From IMG/VR virus record IMGVR_UViG_3300027797_000021, positions 27,617 to 91,616 of that record: 64,000 bases of DNA. One strand, given 5' to 3'. Within the stretch, counting starts at the first letter, position 1. Each line of letters begins with the position of its first letter. This document shows positions 61,063 through 64,000 of this stretch, piece after piece. A program made the position numbers and the translations under genes. Source of the DNA: a virus. Below the pieces are notes generated by a model that searched no databases, was not told the origin of the DNA, and saw nothing but the letters and a program-made list of their open reading frames with translations.

Positions 61063-62121
61063 TCAGCTTGCTTCGTTCGTAACCTGTATTTCATAGTTAC
61101 GGCTCAATCTGACGTTCTTAGCAACTGTGATACCCTCACCGTCACCCAGCATTACGATGTCGTAACGCTCCTTCATCTTGAGTGCACGAAGATCGCGACT
61201 CGGATCGTCGAACTGATCAGTGCTCATATCGTCCTTGACGAGAAGAGTACCGACTTCATTACGGTCGATGAGGAAAAGGTCTGACTTAGCTGCTGTTCCG
61301 CCACTCTTAGCTGTGAAGCTAACAAAAGGCGAAACAAGAACATTCAAGCCCATCGGGGCCGTCGAGTTCAGTGCGCCTTCTGGCGACTGAGGACGATATC
61401 CCCAACTTGTACCTACAGAAGATGCCGCTCCACCAGCGTGGAAGATGGAATCCTTGAGGAAGACCGACCACATTAATGGGTGCAGAATGAAATCTGTTGG
61501 GATATGATTTTCAGCCATAAGGATAGCAGCCATGTCCACAATGTCATCCCAGGTGACTGTCAAGTTGGCTGTGCCATTGATGTCTCTACCTGTTGTGTCA
61601 CTGTAACTACCACTGTCGTTATCGAATGCAATTGTAGCTGCATCCTTGAAACGGCTAAGAGCAATTTGCTCTTTCAAACGAGCCATAGCACGGCCGGCTG
61701 CGCGAACATGTAAACCGACAATGTCCCAAAGTGAATCAGCGATGACTTCCTCCGTAAAGGATAGCTTAACGCCCTTCTTTGAAACTTTGCCTTCTACCTG
61801 CTTTGCGAAAGCGAGTGCTTGCTCTGGATACTCTTGTCCTTCTGGGATCTCTGCTGCTTGAATAGCGTTGACTGCGGGGAACTCCAAAGAGCGTCCCTTA
61901 CCGAGACGAACAGTGGAAAGCAATGGAGTCACAAGTAGTTGTGGCTCTGCTGCTTCTTTAAGCGTACGCGAAAGAACTTTGGGGAAAAGTGCTGCTGCGT
62001 CTGGTGACGCAAAAGCTTCCTTAATTGTTACTCTGTTGTCTGCATCTATGTACCCGTCCTCAGTCAATACTGCTTCCCAAGCTGGGAGACCCGAGAGGAG
62101 CTCTTGGATTGTCTTACTCAT
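61063..62121 (-). CDS. Major capsid protein (HK97 fold)
   Basis: 352 aa; AAEIPEGQEYPE, KKGVKLSFTEEVIADS, PTDFILHP and KMKERYDI are HK97-fold motifs; AGGAGG SD and a downstream terminator. Confidence 0.9.
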   Translation of the reverse strand: MSKTIQELLSGLPAWEAVLTEDGYIDADNRVTIKEAFASPDAAALFPKVLSRTLKEAAEPQLLVTPLLSTVRLGKGRSLEFPAVNAIQAAEIPEGQEYPEQALAFAKQVEGKVSKKGVKLSFTEEVIADSLWDIVGLHVRAAGRAMARLKEQIALSRFKDAATIAFDNDSGSYSDTTGRDINGTANLTVTWDDIVDMAAILMAENHIPTDFILHPLMWSVFLKDSIFHAGGAASSVGTSWGYRPQSPEGALNSTAPMGLNVLVSPFVSFTAKSGGTAAKSDLFLIDRNEVGTLLVKDDMSTDQFDDPSRDLRALKMKERYDIVMLGDGEGITVAKNVRLSRNYEIQVTNEAS

Positions 62122-62168
62122 CGTAGGATTATTCCTCCTGTGTTAATGTTTCTTTTGTATTAATAATA

Positions 62169-62933
62169 TTAGAGTGTCAGATTGACGCGGAAAGCACCAA
62201 TGACATTGTGTACGTCCAGGTTGGCCCGGATACCTAACTTACCACTGTAGGTGCCTGCACGAGTAAGCTCGTAAACAGTCTTTAATGCACCTGGATCAGA
62301 GGGAAGTTGCATATAGCTGAGTAAGCCATCATCGAAGTTGGTAGCGAACTGCTCAACCTCAACAACTTTACCCACTTGCAACCATGGATAAGCACCAGCA
62401 GCAGATGTTGTTGCTGCGAATGCCACCGGACGACCCATGTGATCGGCTCGGATTAATGAACCAACTGTTACATCGGCGTTAACCTGTGCAACCATTGGAT
62501 ACTCTACGTAACCGTGTGTAATGAAGCCAGCGCCCTGTGAGGTACCTTTATCAAATGGTCTGTAAAGATCATATTGTGCGCAGCCAATCGGAACTGAATA
62601 GGCGCCCACAGAAATTGTGTCAGTTGAACCAGAGGTCGAGCTAGGGGTAGCGCCATCAAGCGGATCCCAGCTGGGCATAACGTCGCCCCATGATTGGCTT
62701 GAAGCGGTTCCGTTAGCGGGAACGATGCGAGCATCGCCGTTTGCATCTGCTACTACTGAAAGAATGGTACCCTTGGTGACAACGATCTCAAAACGATCAT
62801 CTTCACTATCATTGTACCATGTCGGAAGACCGGGATGGGGCAGTAAATAGGCTGCGGGGGCAATGCCCTCAGAAACTACAAACCGGCCTGCACCAGTCTT
62901 ACTATGAACCTTGCGGAACTTTGCTAAACTCAT
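62169..62933 (-). CDS. Putative capsid decoration/cement protein
   Basis: 254 aa between scaffold and capsid genes, with a strong SD (AAGGAG) and capsid-like codon usage; beta-rich (VTVGSLIRAD..G...QVGKV). Confidence 0.6.
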   Translation of the reverse strand: MSLAKFRKVHSKTGAGRFVVSEGIAPAAYLLPHPGLPTWYNDSEDDRFEIVVTKGTILSVVADANGDARIVPANGTASSQSWGDVMPSWDPLDGATPSSTSGSTDTISVGAYSVPIGCAQYDLYRPFDKGTSQGAGFITHGYVEYPMVAQVNADVTVGSLIRADHMGRPVAFAATTSAAGAYPWLQVGKVVEVEQFATNFDDGLLSYMQLPSDPGALKTVYELTRAGTYSGKLGIRANLDVHNVIGAFRVNLTL

Positions 62934-62951
62934 TTTTTATCTCCTTAAATA

Positions 62952-64000
62952 TTAAAGTTTACGTCTACCCATAAGGGCATCTACTAGTACTTGTTCAAAA
63001 GATTCGTTAGGATCCGTAGAAGTTTTTGTGACTTCCTCTTTATCAAGAGTGAGTACATTTTCTTCAGAACTAACTTCAGCTTCAGATGTTACTTGCGGCA
63101 TTGTCATATAGTCAGAAATGCGCTTGTTAGCCTTTGCTGGAGCCTTAGCCAGATCTCTTAAAGAGTCTGCCAATGAAGCAGCTGTGCGTGAAGCATGCTC
63201 GCCTATCAGGTTTTCTCTTTCATCTGCGGATTCGAAACCAAGACTAATCTTAGTATCGACAACTCTTTCTACTAGAGTTCTATGCAATGCACTTTTGAGC
63301 TTTGCATTTTCTTCTTCAAGAGACTTGATACTTGCCTTTAGGAGGTTAATATCTTGCTCAACGCCTTCTTTGTTGTCGCTGAGATTATCTTCCTCTTCAG
63401 GAGTCTCTTGATCCTCATCGCCCTTGGACAATGACTCTTCCGGCTTTTCAGCATTTTCGGAATCAGCATCTTGCACATCCGCCTTTTCTGAATCGTCAGA
63501 TGAGTTCTTTTCTTCTTCTGGATCTGCTTCTGCGTCTCCTTCGGAAAGTTCTTTTTGCTCTTCTTCTGTAGAAGTGCTTTCTTCAGTCTTCTCTTCTTCC
63601 AAAGTCACTTCGACTTCTTCTGAAGCTTCGCCTATGGCGGAAGCTGCTATATTGGAAAGATCTTCGCTTAAGCCTTCAGCTACAGCTAAAATGTCTTCAC
63701 TCTTATTAACATCTGTCATGTTACGAGTCTCCTCAGAATTATTGTTTTCAGAATCTTCACTAGATAGTAATGATTCTGTTTTATTTATATAACTTTCGCT
63801 TTCTTGAAAAGCTAAAGCAGTTAAAAAAGCGCCTTTTAGGTGTAAATAAATTGGCTTAGATTCTTTTTTCTTCATATTTGAAAGAATAGATCTATTTTCT
63901 TCAATGGAAATAATATCTTCATTATCCATATTGAGAACAAATGCTGCGCTTCTAGCTATCCAACCTTCTGAATCAGATAGTTCGGCTTTACCATCAGTAG
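62952..64000 (-). CDS. Scaffold protein (probably the C-terminal part of a prohead protease-scaffold fusion), 5'-truncated
   Basis: The frame stays open to the window edge (TDGKAELSDSEGWIARSAAFVLNMDNED...). It has a highly acidic low-complexity region and a coiled coil, upstream of the decoration and capsid genes. Confidence 0.7.
   Translation of the reverse strand, partial: TDGKAELSDSEGWIARSAAFVLNMDNEDIISIEENRSILSNMKKKESKPIYLHLKGAFLTALAFQESESYINKTESLLSSEDSENNNSEETRNMTDVNKSEDILAVAEGLSEDLSNIAASAIGEASEEVEVTLEEEKTEESTSTEEEQKELSEGDAEADPEEEKNSSDDSEKADVQDADSENAEKPEESLSKGDEDQETPEEEDNLSDNKEGVEQDINLLKASIKSLEEENAKLKSALHRTLVERVVDTKISLGFESADERENLIGEHASRTAASLADSLRDLAKAPAKANKRISDYMTMPQVTSEAEVSSEENVLTLDKEEVTKTSTDPNESFEQVLVDALMGRRKL

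Noticed and set aside
227-63792. Numerous plus-strand ORFs of 60-152 aa in the ORF track
   Set aside because: They overlap long minus-strand genes in antisense, have no recognisable motifs and are expected shadows of codon bias.

Overview
The window is the virion morphogenesis module of a large, AT-rich, contractile-tailed (myovirus-type) dsDNA phage. About 33 densely packed genes lie on the minus strand and read right to left. The order is: scaffold/protease (cut by the window edge), putative decoration protein, HK97-type major capsid protein, a fibre cassette, head-tail joining proteins, two sheath-like genes, three tail-tube paralogs, two tail-assembly-chaperone paralogs, two very large proteins (2201 and 1611 aa), a 3755-aa baseplate hub, a dual cell-wall hydrolase, spike/gp25/baseplate-J, large wedge proteins and a carbohydrate-binding receptor-binding protein (cut by the window edge). 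I saw no tRNA, CRISPR array or mobile element. The most notable observations are: (1) the 1611-aa protein carries motifs of a single-chain two-barrel RNA polymerase with a DxDD loop placed before the RxP motif, so it may be a virion-packaged RNAP with a permuted barrel; (2) an Ala-Thr-Pro tripeptide is strongly enriched in exterior virion proteins but not seen in the giant internal ones, suggesting a modification (O-glycosylation) sequon; (3) a hairpin right after the capsid stop codon is fully complementary, with two G-U pairs, to 22 nt of 23S rRNA helix 69; (4) a 4-bp duplication frameshifts the fibre gene; (5) a thermonuclease-like domain is fused to the hub. All functional calls come from motif recognition by eye and gene order; no database searches were run.
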